A stretch of DNA of 64,000 nucleotides, taken from positions 1,952,001 to 2,016,000 of the forward strand of contig OZ241362.1 of NCBI GenBank assembly GCA_965200315.1, in the 5' to 3' direction. Made by a program: the position numbers and the translations under genes. Under the pieces are notes generated by a model. The model did no database searches. It was not told the origin of the DNA and worked only from the letters and a program-made list of their open reading frames with translations. Origin of the DNA: Candidatus Latescibacterota bacterium. Lineage in GTDB: Bacteria > Latescibacterota > UBA2968 > UBA8231. Every line of letters begins with the position of its first letter. Within the stretch, counting starts at the first letter, position 1. This document shows, piece after piece, positions 1 through 10,656 of this stretch.

Positions 1-2238
1 TTGGAGCGGTTTTGGAAGGTGGTCGACCCGCAAGTAACTATAACCGTTCCGTGGGTCGAGCGGTGCCCCCAAGCGTTCGGCGGCCAAGCGGACGAACCGC
101 GCCACGTCATCCGGCCCACCGAGCACGGAAATCGCCTTCTGCCATTCCGGTAGGACGTCGTCGGGCCGCAGTCGCCGCTGGGCAAACACCGTGCGCGTGA
201 TTTGCCCTTGAGCCGTTTCCCAAGCTTGGTCCACTTCGGCCTCGGTTTCTCCGAAGTCGAGGCTCACCTGCGCGGCTCGGGAGCTACCAGCACCTTGTAG
301 GAGAACGGCCTGCATGATGGCATCCACGACCTTGTTGTTGTCGGTTGGCAAAGGCACGGCCACCCCGAGCTCGGTGCGAATTTTCTCGGCCTTGCGCAGA
401 ATCACGCGGAGCACGGCACCATCAACCGGATTGTCTTCGCCGTAGAGCATCAAGGTGCGCACCGTGGGCGATGCCTGCCCAAAGCGATCGGCCCGGCCCT
501 CGCGCTGCTCATGGCGGGTCGGATTCCAAGTGAGATCGTAGTGGACTACTGCATTGAAGTGCCGTTGCAGGTTGACGCCTTCGGAGAGGCAGTCCGTGGC
601 CACGAGGACCGGCACAATATCTTCGCCTGCTGCTCCAAGTGCTTCCACTTGCTCTTCGCGCTGATCAGAGGTCAACTCTCCAGTGATCGCGGCCACGCAG
701 GTTTTATCCGCCGGTAGAGCGCGTTTTAGGTTCTCGCCGATGTAGTAGGCCGTGGCGATGTAGCGGCAAAACACCACCGGCTTGAAGCCAGACACAACAA
801 GCTGTTGCACTTGGGCGATCAAGGCCCTCAGCTTGGGGTCTTGCTTGGGACCGCGCAGCGCGTCAGCCCGCTCAATGAGCCGACGCAGGGCCGCAGCATC
901 CTCGGGTGCTTCAAGGGTGCCGGCCGGTACGCTCTCGTCGAGCGTCAGGGCATCGTCGGCCCCTGTATCCATGACCGTTTCGCTTGCGGTTTGGTCCAAT
1001 TCGGTCTCGCTCTCGGCCGCTTGAAGTCGCGTCCGTAGTGCCAGTACTGCGGCGGCCGGGCTAGAAGAAATGCACCGCAGCAGAGCCAAGGCCGCCCACC
1101 AAGACATGCGTTGCTGTAGATTGGTGCCGTCCTTGGCCTGCTCAACCATGGTCCGAGCATAGGAAAGCACGTCGTCGAAGAGCTGACCCCAGTCGCCGGT
1201 CAACCGGTACGTAGCTTCTCGGCTCTCGCGGACGGGAAAGCCGGTCGTATCTTTCCACTCGGCAATGTCGCCGCGCCGCCGCTGGACAAAATGGCCAGCG
1301 AGTTCCTGGCGCAGCAAGCTACGTTCCTCGCCTTCGGGCATCTCGGCCAACTGTGCAAATTTCGGATCCAATAGGCCCAAGAGGTTGTGAAAAGCCTTAT
1401 CGTCGCCCGAATGCGGAGTAGCTGTGAGAAGTACCATACTGCGTTTGGTTTCACTCTCGGCGAGGCCCTTGAGAAGCTGATAACGCTGCTGGCGGGCGGC
1501 CGTATTGGACTGAACGCAGGTGTGGGCCTCATCAACTAGGACCAACTCCGGGCAGGTGCGCAGGAAATCACTACGCCGCTGATCCGATTTGATGTAGTCG
1601 AGGGAGACAACTGTATGAGGGTAGCACTCAAAGATAGACTGGTCCGCCCGCAGGCCGCGTTCAAGGCGTGCTGCCGTACCGGTGCGGACGACCTTGGCCT
1701 CAATGCTGAATTTCTCTGCCAGTTCCTGCTGCCACTGCTCGCACAGATGGGGCGGACACAGTACGGCAAGCTGTTTGATCTCGCCGCGATCGATGAGTTC
1801 CCGTGCTATCAGACCGGCCTCAATGGTCTTGCCAATACCGACATCGTCGGCGATTAGGAGGCGGGTGGTGTCCAGCTTGAGAGCCATGAGCAACGGTACG
1901 AGCTGATAGGCGCGGGGTTCGACATGGATGTTGCCGAAACTGCGAAAGGGACCGGCCCCGGCTCGCAGTTTCAGGCGCAGGGCATCCCGCAAGAGAAGAG
2001 CTGCTTCCTGCGGCCCCGGCTTGTTGGGATCGGGCAGGGAGAAGGTAGCCGCAGTGGGTGGCTCAAGCTCTATGGGCAAATAGATGAGCGTAGCATCGTC
2101 TTCTGCGCCGCCGAGGGGCCGCAGCTTCAAACAGTCGCTTTCCGTTTCGGGCAAAACGACCCATTCGCGTCCCCGGGCGCTAACCAAATTTCCCGGTTTG
2201 AATTCAACGGCTGATTCCATCGCAACCTTACCTGTCAT
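1..2238 (-). CDS. SNF2-family helicase (DrmD-like), 3'-truncated by the window edge
   Basis: Absent from the ORF track because it has no stop in the window. Manual translation from ATG 2238 gives MTGKVAMESAVEFKPGNLVSARGREWVVLP...PRAYQLVPLLMALK...RLLIADDVGIGKTIEAG (SNF2 motif I). The same frame is still open at positions 60-1. Confidence 0.88.
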   Translation of the reverse strand, partial: MTGKVAMESAVEFKPGNLVSARGREWVVLPETESDCLKLRPLGGAEDDATLIYLPIELEPPTAATFSLPDPNKPGPQEAALLLRDALRLKLRAGAGPFRSFGNIHVEPRAYQLVPLLMALKLDTTRLLIADDVGIGKTIEAGLIARELIDRGEIKQLAVLCPPHLCEQWQQELAEKFSIEAKVVRTGTAARLERGLRADQSIFECYPHTVVSLDYIKSDQRRSDFLRTCPELVLVDEAHTCVQSNTAARQQRYQLLKGLAESETKRSMVLLTATPHSGDDKAFHNLLGLLDPKFAQLAEMPEGEERSLLRQELAGHFVQRRRGDIAEWKDTTGFPVRESREATYRLTGDWGQLFDDVLSYARTMVEQAKDGTNLQQRMSWWAALALLRCISSSPAAAVLALRTRLQAAESETELDQTASETVMDTGADDALTLDESVPAGTLEAPEDAAALRRLIERADALRGPKQDPKLRALIAQVQQLVVSGFKPVVFCRYIATAYYIGENLKRALPADKTCVAAITGELTSDQREEQVEALGAAGEDIVPVLVATDCLSEGVNLQRHFNAVVHYDLTWNPTRHEQREGRADRFGQASPTVRTLMLYGEDNPVDGAVLRVILRKAEKIRTELGVAVPLPTDNNKVVDAIMQAVLLQGAGSSRAAQVSLDFGETEAEVDQAWETAQGQITRTVFAQRRLRPDDVLPEWQKAISVLGGPDDVARFVRLAAERLGAPLDPRNGYSYLRVDHLPKPLQ

Positions 2239-2251
2239 TTAGAGCCTGTTT

Positions 2252-2307
2252 GCCTTTCGACAAGCTCAGGGTCACTCATCACCTGCGCTCGTTGAGCCTG
2301 TCACAAC
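2252..2307. repeat. REP-like intergenic palindromic repeat (TTCGACAAGCTCAGG / GTTGAGCCTGTC type)
   Basis: TTCGACAAGCTCAGG at ~2256-2270 and the inverted relative GTTGAGCCTGTCACAAC at ~2291-2307. CTGAGCCTGTCG recurs at ~12182. Confidence 0.55.
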
Positions 2308-2324
2308 GATCCGCAGTCCAATTC

Positions 2325-5300
2325 CTACTCTTCGCACCTGCCCGGCCCAAAAATCCAAGCGTACTCGCCCGCGATGCGGCCCCACAACGCTTGGTTTGCC
2401 GGGAAACGCACAACAGTGAATCCCGCATCCTCGAGGCGCTGCGTTATTTCGGCATCTCGGTTTGTATAGTAACGTTGGCCAGCCTCGCCGATGGTCGGTT
2501 CCGCCAGGGGCTTCCCATCGTGGTGCGGGCCGTCAATATAGATCAGCGTTTGCTGGTCGGCGTAAGCAAAATCCGGGCGGGTACTGAACTCCTCTAAGTA
2601 TGGCTGTGCCCGACTGGGCAAGTGATACCCATTCGCTTTAAGGTAGTTGATCCACGCCTGCTCAAGACCTGAAGTTGATGCGTTCATCAGTTCATCAAAG
2701 CTGTCGTCGGCCTCTGATACAGATGCGGCCGTCTCGTGCTCGCCCCGCGTCAGGCGACAGAGGAGATTGAGCATATCTTTGTTGTGCCGGTCAATGTGTG
2801 GGTGGTCCGGCTGGTTGTAATAGCTCAGTAGGCAGCGGTAGCAACCAGCCTCACAGGTGGTATCCTGATCCTCCAAGTCGCCGACATCGGTCCAGCCGCC
2901 GGATTTTGAAGTAAAATGGCCAATCTGTAGGGCGCAGCGGGCGACTCGGGCCATCGCGCCGGGATCGTTGGCAAGGCGGGTGAGGACGCCGGCACCGCCT
3001 TCAGCGGCCTCATAAAAAAGGATAGCAGCGCGGTTGTGCTGATCGGGCAGCGGCTCGGCCGCCAACTCGACCTCTTCCAATTGAAACTCCTGTTCGATGC
3101 CGCGTTTGAGCGCGTATTGCAACGAGGTGATGGCCGCGCTCGGCAGGTCGGCCGGCGGTTGGACCACGAGGACATTGCGAGTGTCCTCGACAAAGGGCGT
3201 GATGCGCTCAATGGTTTTGCCGTCTTGCACTCCATCATCTTCCTCATCCGTAGGGGCCTGTGCGTCTTTGGTCCACTCGCCGGTATTGGCATCAACGCTA
3301 AAACCGTAAATGGACTTCTGCTCGCGCCGGCGCCAGCCCAAATTAATGCGCCAAATCGTCGCGGCCGGGCCGTATTTGAGCTCCAAGAGTCGCTCGCCTT
3401 GCTCCTTTAACGCGACAACCTCGACGCACGGCTTGCCGCTCTCTTCGGCAAATCGCAGCGTCGTGATCATCTCGTACCCTTGCCGCTGCCGCTCTTCCTC
3501 GTCAGAGGTAATGCGTGTGGCCCGTCGCGTGGCCACCTGCTCAATGCGGTAGAGGTTAGAGATGACGCGCCCATCCGTGAGGCGAGCGTCGCAGCTAGTG
3601 CAGCGTTCGTAATCCTTCTGCTCGCCAAAATGTCCATACCCACAGGCCGCGCAGATGCGTGCAGCTTGCACCGGCAGCTTGGCCGAGAGAATGGCGGAAG
3701 CCTCGTCGCGCACAGTGAGAATGATGCGCCGCACTCGATAGGTGCTGCCTTCGTGGTAGATAATGGATTGGGGGCCGAATTCGGAGAGCCCCAAAAATCG
3801 GGGGCGGCTCAAAAACGAGTCCCTCACTACTTTCTCGCGGCGGCCCGGGATGAAGGCCATAAGCGGCAAGCGCGGAAAGTTGTACCCGGGCAAAAAGCCC
3901 TCGGCCGCAAGGTAGCGGTACGTATAAAAATCCGAGTTCATCGTCGGCCGGCTGTCGAGGAGCAGATTCTGTTGGGTATAGGCTTCGTCGTATCGCATCT
4001 TAGCCTCGCGGCGGTCCTGTTCGGTCGCCGCGGCGTTGTTGAGAATGCCGTTGGCGGATTTTAGCTGGCTGGCGGTAGCGCGATAAAGAGAGCGCCAGCG
4101 GCGGAAGGCTTCGTCAAACCGGCGTCCGACCGAATTCATCGCACTGTCCAACCACGTTTCCGTGTACCAAGGGGCCGATCTCTCAGCAAGGTCAGCGGCG
4201 AGCATGGCGAGGATGCGCTGCGCTCGCCTTTGGGCTTGGCCCAACGCTTTGGCACTACCGATGGGCGCGACGAGGTGTTCGTGCAGGGGCAGCTCCGCCG
4301 GTTGTTCTCGATTGAGGACGTCGCACACGGATGTGCCTAGCTTAACGCCGGTCTCGGCCAGCCAGACCGCGTGCAGATGGCTGCGGACGAGGTCTTCGTT
4401 GGCCAGATCAATGGTCGGCGGATTGACCGCACCGGAGACCATGCGCGTTGGATCAGAAAAAAAGTACTGGTCGTGGGGCGACTTAGCCGCGCAGTAGGTG
4501 ATCACCAATGCCGGCTGGCCGCTGCGCCCAGCACGTCCACTGCGCTGCGCGTAATTGGCCGGCGTGGGCGGCACATTTCGCATATAGACCGCGTTGAGTG
4601 CCGAAATATCCACGCCCAGTTCCATGGTCGGCGAGCAGAACAGAATCGGCAGGCCAGCCGGCTCCACTTTGCCTTCGACAATGCGTTCGGCCTGGAGGCC
4701 CTTGCGGAAGCGGGTCTCCCGTTCGGCGCGGACCTCGGAATCCACCTGGGCGGTGTGCTCGCGGGCTTCAAGTTGGTGCAGGAAACGGTCAGCACCTTCT
4801 AACAGCCCCGCGACATTCTCGTAAAGAGCGCGGAAAAAAGCGTTGGGAGACCCCTCACCCTCACCGCTGGCATCCTCGGATAGACGCCATTCAAGAACCG
4901 AGCTATCAATCTGGTAACCGATGCGGCTGCCGTATAACTCGGTGGACTCTACGTAGCCACAGATAGTCAGTACGCGCAAAATGTCGTCAATGACACTGTT
5001 GTAAACATCCTCATCGAACTTCGCCGGATAATGAGGATTGTCTTTACCCCACACCCCTTGAGACTTGATCCACCGCCCGAAGGCGGAGCGATGGGACATA
5101 TACCATAGGTAGTCCTGTTGGCGGAATCTGGAGCTGGGTCGCGGAACCATGAAGGCGTGTGCGGAAAGCCTTTCGTCTTCGGACAGCCCCCAAGGTTCTT
5201 TTAGCTGATTGAAGCTCAGGTTGCGGGTCCGCTCTTGGAAATCCGGGTCGAGATAGATGGTCTTGATACAGAGTGCCTGGCGCATCTGGTCGAGGATCTT

Positions 5301-7607
5301 GTGGACGATCTCGAAGCGACGCTGGGGTTCTATCGCCCCGAGCAGGGGATGCCCCTGCCGCCATTCTTCCTCGTCTTCGCAACAAGTTTCCAAGTCCCGG
5401 TATCGAATATCTAAAAGCCTGAGCTGGTCCAAGTTGGGGTTGTTGATGCGCCAGCCCCTCTTTAGGTCGAAATAGAGGCGATAGCCCAGAACGTCGCGTA
5501 GCGTTTTAAGGGTATTCTGCGCCCGGACGCCTTTGGTGTTGGGATTGGCCGCATAGTCGGTCGGGTCGAGGTGCAGATGATCGAGCACCCGTTGGGTCAG
5601 TGCGTCGTCGGCAAGGTATCCGTCCTTTTGTATGGCTGCCAGCAGCGCACCCCGCAGCAACAGGATTTGAATGAAATCGTTGAAGTGTCCGGCTTGAAGG
5701 CTGGCGTCTTGCCGATTGTCGGTAAAGGCGAGCAGCTTCTTGGTGTTTGCATCGAGATTGGTGCCGATGAGGTGCCTTAGCGCAGACAGTACCAGCATGG
5801 TCGTCGCCGAACTCCGGCCTTCACTCGAAAGACCGGAGAGCTTGCTCAGGTCGCTGCGCTTGCTGCCATCGTAGTACGCATTGCAGTCCGGGTTGAGACA
5901 GAAGCGAAACGATTTAGGTATAAACCATGCCGGCAGCCCGTTGTCGGCGATCTTGCCGAGAGTATCCACGCAAACGCGAATGGGACGATAGTTTTTGTTG
6001 TAGTAGGGCTTGAGACGTGCCTCCCCATGGTGGAATTCCAGCCAATCTTCGGGGTAATGGCTTTCTATATTAGCCGGATCAAATACCCCCTCGCTGTCGG
6101 GCATGAGATAGCCGTACAGGACCTCTTCTTCGTTGGAGCGTTCGGAAAGCTCGCGTGGACTAAAGGCCGTGGGCGCCTGCGCCTCCAGAGTCGCCCAGAC
6201 TGGGAAGTACTCCTGACCACACTGTCGGCAAAAAGAAAGATTGAACAAGAGGTGGTTGCGGTCGCCCGGTTTGAATTGTTGTCCCTCTAGAGTGATAAAA
6301 CGATCGCTAGGTGCCTCTAAGGTAGCGTACGCATTCGAGGGACTGCTGATGAACTGATGGAGCCGGAAGGAGAAGAAATTGCGGCCGCTGTCGCTCTCGC
6401 TTTGATAGGCCGCCAGCAGGAACTTCACGAGGTATTCTCGGCAAAATTGCTCCTGCAAACCGCTGTCTTGGGCGAGTAATGTTGCGGCTTCAATGACCGT
6501 GCGCGGCCGGGCAATGCGGACGAGCTTACCGTCCTGCTCTTCCAAACCGAGCTTGCGCTCTACCCAAGCCGCCACCGGATGGCTTGACAATTCAGCGTGA
6601 GTCGCATTGGCCACCCCAGTCGCGATGGCTTGGCGCAGGCTGGCGGAGTCAATAGGGGTGGCGTTGTTGGTAACAGGCTCAAGGGTTTCGGTGATGATGT
6701 TGTTCGCGCTGACCGGGACGCCAAATAGCCGACTGGCGATGTCGGCGACAATCGCATTCCGATCCTTGGCTGATCCCTCTGAAACCATGGTGGCAGAGGT
6801 GCCGATACAGCGGAGATGTTCGTTGAACCGTTCCCGAACGCGCCGGATCAACAGGGCCACATCAGCACCCTGCCTCCCCCGGTAGGTATGTAGCTCGTCC
6901 AAAACCAGAAACCTAAGCCCGGCGGCGTGTTGCCGCACCGCTTTATCGGTCTCTATGAACCGCGTCATGATCAGCTCGAGCATGACGTAGTTCGTCAGGA
7001 GGATGTCGGGAGGATTCTTCGCAATGTGCTCCCGTTCCTCGTTAGTTTCTTGGCCGGTATAGCGGGCAAAGGTCACAGGTTCGTCGCCTTCGCCATAGCC
7101 GCGCTGCAAAAACTTCTCCAACTCCTCGCCTTGGCTGTTGCACAGGGCATTCATCGGATAGACAACGATGGCACAGATGCCCTTGCAGGGGTCGCCGGAC
7201 TTCTTCCGCCGCAACACGTCATTGACAATGGGGATGAAGTAACTGAGCGATTTGCCGGAGCCTGTACCCGTCGTCAGGACATAGCTCTCGCCCCGGCTGG
7301 CGATAGCGATGGCTTCGGCTTGGTGTTTGTGCAACACGAGCGGTTGGCCTAGGGGGTCAGTTGGAGTCTTGATGCGAAAAATTTTCGCGCATTCCGCATC
7401 GAGGGTGCCGTTTGCCACAAACTCTTCAATAGACCCACCCGGCACGAAATTTGGGTTCAACTGGATGAGGGGAGCGGGCCAGAAACGGCCACTGCCGTAC
7501 GCCTCATCAACAACTCGGCGAATGTCTTCCGCCCGGATACGGGTGAAGCTGCGCGAGAAGCGTTCGTATTCTGAAATAAGTTCCTTGCGGAACGCAAAGA
7601 CGTCCAT
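2325..7607 (-). CDS. Large DEAD/DEAH-box helicase with C-terminal DUF1998 and a putative Vsr/DUF559-like nuclease domain
   Basis: 1760 aa. Motifs TGTGSGKS, YPMNAL, DELH, SAT, PTMELGVDI, QRSGRAGR; DUF1998 GGAG...CEAGCYRCLLSYYNQ; terminal RPDF...IDGPHH...GFTVVRF. Confidence 0.92.
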   Translation of the reverse strand: MDVFAFRKELISEYERFSRSFTRIRAEDIRRVVDEAYGSGRFWPAPLIQLNPNFVPGGSIEEFVANGTLDAECAKIFRIKTPTDPLGQPLVLHKHQAEAIAIASRGESYVLTTGTGSGKSLSYFIPIVNDVLRRKKSGDPCKGICAIVVYPMNALCNSQGEELEKFLQRGYGEGDEPVTFARYTGQETNEEREHIAKNPPDILLTNYVMLELIMTRFIETDKAVRQHAAGLRFLVLDELHTYRGRQGADVALLIRRVRERFNEHLRCIGTSATMVSEGSAKDRNAIVADIASRLFGVPVSANNIITETLEPVTNNATPIDSASLRQAIATGVANATHAELSSHPVAAWVERKLGLEEQDGKLVRIARPRTVIEAATLLAQDSGLQEQFCREYLVKFLLAAYQSESDSGRNFFSFRLHQFISSPSNAYATLEAPSDRFITLEGQQFKPGDRNHLLFNLSFCRQCGQEYFPVWATLEAQAPTAFSPRELSERSNEEEVLYGYLMPDSEGVFDPANIESHYPEDWLEFHHGEARLKPYYNKNYRPIRVCVDTLGKIADNGLPAWFIPKSFRFCLNPDCNAYYDGSKRSDLSKLSGLSSEGRSSATTMLVLSALRHLIGTNLDANTKKLLAFTDNRQDASLQAGHFNDFIQILLLRGALLAAIQKDGYLADDALTQRVLDHLHLDPTDYAANPNTKGVRAQNTLKTLRDVLGYRLYFDLKRGWRINNPNLDQLRLLDIRYRDLETCCEDEEEWRQGHPLLGAIEPQRRFEIVHKILDQMRQALCIKTIYLDPDFQERTRNLSFNQLKEPWGLSEDERLSAHAFMVPRPSSRFRQQDYLWYMSHRSAFGRWIKSQGVWGKDNPHYPAKFDEDVYNSVIDDILRVLTICGYVESTELYGSRIGYQIDSSVLEWRLSEDASGEGEGSPNAFFRALYENVAGLLEGADRFLHQLEAREHTAQVDSEVRAERETRFRKGLQAERIVEGKVEPAGLPILFCSPTMELGVDISALNAVYMRNVPPTPANYAQRSGRAGRSGQPALVITYCAAKSPHDQYFFSDPTRMVSGAVNPPTIDLANEDLVRSHLHAVWLAETGVKLGTSVCDVLNREQPAELPLHEHLVAPIGSAKALGQAQRRAQRILAMLAADLAERSAPWYTETWLDSAMNSVGRRFDEAFRRWRSLYRATASQLKSANGILNNAAATEQDRREAKMRYDEAYTQQNLLLDSRPTMNSDFYTYRYLAAEGFLPGYNFPRLPLMAFIPGRREKVVRDSFLSRPRFLGLSEFGPQSIIYHEGSTYRVRRIILTVRDEASAILSAKLPVQAARICAACGYGHFGEQKDYERCTSCDARLTDGRVISNLYRIEQVATRRATRITSDEEERQRQGYEMITTLRFAEESGKPCVEVVALKEQGERLLELKYGPAATIWRINLGWRRREQKSIYGFSVDANTGEWTKDAQAPTDEEDDGVQDGKTIERITPFVEDTRNVLVVQPPADLPSAAITSLQYALKRGIEQEFQLEEVELAAEPLPDQHNRAAILFYEAAEGGAGVLTRLANDPGAMARVARCALQIGHFTSKSGGWTDVGDLEDQDTTCEAGCYRCLLSYYNQPDHPHIDRHNKDMLNLLCRLTRGEHETAASVSEADDSFDELMNASTSGLEQAWINYLKANGYHLPSRAQPYLEEFSTRPDFAYADQQTLIYIDGPHHDGKPLAEPTIGEAGQRYYTNRDAEITQRLEDAGFTVVRFPANQALWGRIAGEYAWIFGPGRCEE

Positions 7608-7787
7608 CAGACTCCTTCCTGTCGCTCGGACGGATTGAGTACTCCAGCTAGGTCAATTAAAGGCGCATCGCGTCGTCTCATCGAGATGGCCGATCTGCGC
7701 CTCATACGCGCCTGCGTGGTCGAGACGGTTTTGGGCGCTGGAGATGCGGCGAATCGCTATATCGTCACGCGGGGCTTGCGGCATCGT

Positions 7788-8825
7788 TCACCCCTTTCCG
7801 TAGGACAGGTCGGCGACCTGCTCTGCCGACAGCACGGTGGCATCCTCGTACAGATAGCAAGCAGCAGCGCGGCCAGCATCGGGCTGCACTAATGGCGGAC
7901 GCTGCTGCCGACAGCGGGGCATGACGTGGGGACAGCGCGCGGCAAAAGCGCAGCCGCCAGTAGTATGCGGAATCTCTGCGCCCTCTTCCTCGGTCGGCGA
8001 GCCAACGACCGCACCTTCGCCCCAGCGGCGTTTGGCGTCCGGCAGCGGGATGGAACTCACGAGTAGCTGTGTATAGGGGTGTTTCGGAGCCTTGATGACC
8101 TGTTCCACGCCCCCCACCTCGACCACTGCCCCTTGGTACATGACGAGAATGGTGTGGCTCAGCTGGTAAGCCGTAGTCAGATCGTGCGTGATGTACACGA
8201 GACTGATGCCGCGCTCCCGGTGGATGCGGGACAAGGTCTCCAAGATGGTAGCGCGCAACGAAGCATCTACCATCGACACCGGCTCGTCAGCCACGATCAC
8301 GCGCGGGTCGAGCAGCAACGCCCGCGCCACCATGATGCGCTGGCGCTGACCGCCGCTTAGCTGATGGGGATAACGCCCGAGAGTCTCCTCCGGGCGCAGG
8401 CCGACCGCTTGCAGCCCCTCCTCAATCCGCTGTCGCCGGTCGGCACGCGACAGTGCCGGGAAGAACTTGGCGACCGGCACCGCCAAGGGGTGGTCCACTC
8501 GGTAGAACGGGTTGAACACCTCAAAGGGGTCCTGAAACACGGCCTGCACCTGCCGACGAAACGTCTGTCTCGCCTTGGCGTCAAGATCGCGCAATTCCGT
8601 GCCTTGGTAGCGCACCGAGCCGCCGGTCGGCGGCAGGATGCCCAGCAGCAAACGCGCCAAGGTAGTCTTGCCGCTGCCGCTTTCCCCGGCAATAGCCACC
8701 ACCACCGGATCGTCCGCCGGGATTACCAGCGAGGCGTCGGCGACCGCGACAAGCTGCTGCCGGTCGAACACGCCGCCGCCAAAGGCTCGGCGCACCCCGC
8801 GCGCTTCGAGCAGCGGCGCGTTCAC
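7788..8825 (-). CDS. Oligopeptide/dipeptide ABC transporter ATP-binding protein (OppF/DppF-like)
   Basis: GESGSGKT, LSGGQRQR, DEPVSMVD, HPYT and a C-terminal Cys cluster (GCAFAARCP...C...C). Confidence 0.93.
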   Translation of the reverse strand: MNAPLLEARGVRRAFGGGVFDRQQLVAVADASLVIPADDPVVVAIAGESGSGKTTLARLLLGILPPTGGSVRYQGTELRDLDAKARQTFRRQVQAVFQDPFEVFNPFYRVDHPLAVPVAKFFPALSRADRRQRIEEGLQAVGLRPEETLGRYPHQLSGGQRQRIMVARALLLDPRVIVADEPVSMVDASLRATILETLSRIHRERGISLVYITHDLTTAYQLSHTILVMYQGAVVEVGGVEQVIKAPKHPYTQLLVSSIPLPDAKRRWGEGAVVGSPTEEEGAEIPHTTGGCAFAARCPHVMPRCRQQRPPLVQPDAGRAAACYLYEDATVLSAEQVADLSYGKG

Positions 8826-9802
8826 GAGACGCCTCGGCTGCCCTCGGCGTGCAGGTGACAGGCCGCCTCGCGCTCGGCGGCCACCGCGTCCAGCTCTGGT
8901 ACGCGCTCGGAGCAGCGGTCCATAACCTGCGGACAGCGCGGGTGGAAAGGACAGCCCGGCGGCGGCTCAAGTAGCGAAGGCGGCAGTCCGGGAATGCCGC
9001 GAAAAACGCCCTGGCGCTCCAGAGACGGCAGGCTTTCTACGAGTAGGCGCGTGTACGGATGCAGCGGCTCGTCAAGCAGGCTTTGCACCGGCCCGAGTTC
9101 GGCCAGCCGACCAGCGTACATCACGCCGATGCGGTCCACACATTGCGCCATCAGGCCCATGTCGTGGCCCACCAAAATCACCGCGGCGTCGAGTTCCTGC
9201 TGCACGCGAAACAAGGTGTCCATCACCCGCTTTTGCACAACCACGTCTAGGGCACTAGTCGGCTCGTCGGCAATGATCACCTGCGGACGCAAGGCCACGG
9301 CAATGGCCATGCCCACGCGCTGCTTCATGCCGCCGCTGAGTTCGTGGGGGTACATGCGCGCTGTCGCCGGGTCGAGTTCAACCAGTGCCAGCAAACTCCT
9401 CACCCGCTCCTGCAGGGCTGCGCGCTCCGGCCACTCCTCGTGAGCCTCAATCGTGTCGGCGATCTGCGCGCCCACTCGCATCACCGGGTTGAGCGAGTTC
9501 ATCACGCCTTGGGGGATCAGGGAGATGCGCGAAAAGCGCACGCCCCGCATTTCCTCCTCGGACAGCGCCAGCAGCTCCAATTCGTCCAGATCAACCCGCC
9601 CGCCCTCAATCCGTCCGGGCGGCCGGATTAGCTGCATCAGGGCCATGGCCGTCGTCGATTTGCCCGAGCCCGACTCCCCCACCAAGCCCAGCCGCTCTCC
9701 CGCCCGCAACGCAAAGCCAACGCCCTCCACGGCACGCACCGGTCCCCTCGGCGTGTGATAGTGAACGCGCAGGTCCTGCACCCGCAGCACGACGCGGCTC
9801 AC
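8822..9802 (-). CDS. Oligopeptide/dipeptide ABC transporter ATP-binding protein (OppD/DppD-like)
   Basis: [37 protein letters not shown]. The start is probably GTG 9802, overlapping the upstream stop, rather than 10201. Confidence 0.92.
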   Translation of the reverse strand: MSRVVLRVQDLRVHYHTPRGPVRAVEGVGFALRAGERLGLVGESGSGKSTTAMALMQLIRPPGRIEGGRVDLDELELLALSEEEMRGVRFSRISLIPQGVMNSLNPVMRVGAQIADTIEAHEEWPERAALQERVRSLLALVELDPATARMYPHELSGGMKQRVGMAIAVALRPQVIIADEPTSALDVVVQKRVMDTLFRVQQELDAAVILVGHDMGLMAQCVDRIGVMYAGRLAELGPVQSLLDEPLHPYTRLLVESLPSLERQGVFRGIPGLPPSLLEPPPGCPFHPRCPQVMDRCSERVPELDAVAAEREAACHLHAEGSRGVS

Positions 9803-10656
9803 GACGAGACCCGCCAGATGCGCGGATTGGCGATGCGGTCCAATCCCATAGAGACGAGGAACAAGCCAAGGAAAATCAGCACGATCATCACAATCGGCGG
9901 TGCCCACCACCACCACATCCCCCGCAGCAGCGAGGTGTAGTAGAGTGCCCAATAGATGGTCATCCCGAGCGTAGGCTCGTTCTGCGGCCCCAAGCCCAGC
10001 GCCTCTAAACCGATCGAGGCTAGCACCGCAGCCCCCACCGCACTGACAAAGCTGGCCGCCAGATAGGGCAGCAAGTTCGGCAGCAGCTCGCGGGCGATGA
10101 TCTCCAAGTCCCTCATGCCAGAAAGCCGCGCCACCTGCACATAAGCGCGCTCGCGCATCGACAGCACCTGCGAGCGGATCGTGCGCGTCGGCAGCATCCA
10201 CGCCAGCGAGGCCACCACGAGAGCCATCATATCAACGGTAACGGCCGTGCGCAGCGAGGTGGCCAGCACCACTAAAAACAGCAGGCCGGGCACGGTCAGC
10301 AGCACGTCGGCCGCACCCCGAATCAGGGTATCGACCAAGCCGCCGAAGTACCCAGCGAGAAAGCCGAGGATGATGCCGATGCCAAGCCCCACAGCACCCG
10401 CGAGAAAGCCCACTCTGAGCGTGAGCGGCGTACCCGCCACCATCACCGCGAGCAAATCCCGCCCGGCCGCGTCGGTGCCGAGCAGGTGCTCCAGCGACGG
10501 CGACCGATTCGGCTCAGCAGCACCGACGCGGGCCAAATCTGTATCGACTAACAGGGAGCCCACCGGACCAAAAGCGAGCACGACAAAGACGACAATTAAG
10601 CCCGCCGTAAGCTGGGGATGGCGGCGCGCTGCCGCGGAGAGCGGAGAGAGCATCAT
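9799..10656 (-). CDS. ABC transporter permease (OppC/DppC-like)
   Basis: LGTDAAGRD, several TM helices, EAA-like loop YVQVARLSG. Confidence 0.92.
   Translation of the reverse strand: MMLSPLSAAARRHPQLTAGLIVVFVVLAFGPVGSLLVDTDLARVGAAEPNRSPSLEHLLGTDAAGRDLLAVMVAGTPLTLRVGFLAGAVGLGIGIILGFLAGYFGGLVDTLIRGAADVLLTVPGLLFLVVLATSLRTAVTVDMMALVVASLAWMLPTRTIRSQVLSMRERAYVQVARLSGMRDLEIIARELLPNLLPYLAASFVSAVGAAVLASIGLEALGLGPQNEPTLGMTIYWALYYTSLLRGMWWWWAPPIVMIVLIFLGLFLVSMGLDRIANPRIWRVSS

Noticed and set aside
2325-7607. Assigning a firm gene symbol (drmA, druE, dpdJ)
   Set aside because: The architecture overlaps several families and the diagnostic partner genes are outside the window.
9803-10201. N-terminal extension of the 459-aa OppD ORF
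   Set aside because: It overlaps the permease gene in another frame; GTG 9802 coupled to the permease stop is the plausible start.
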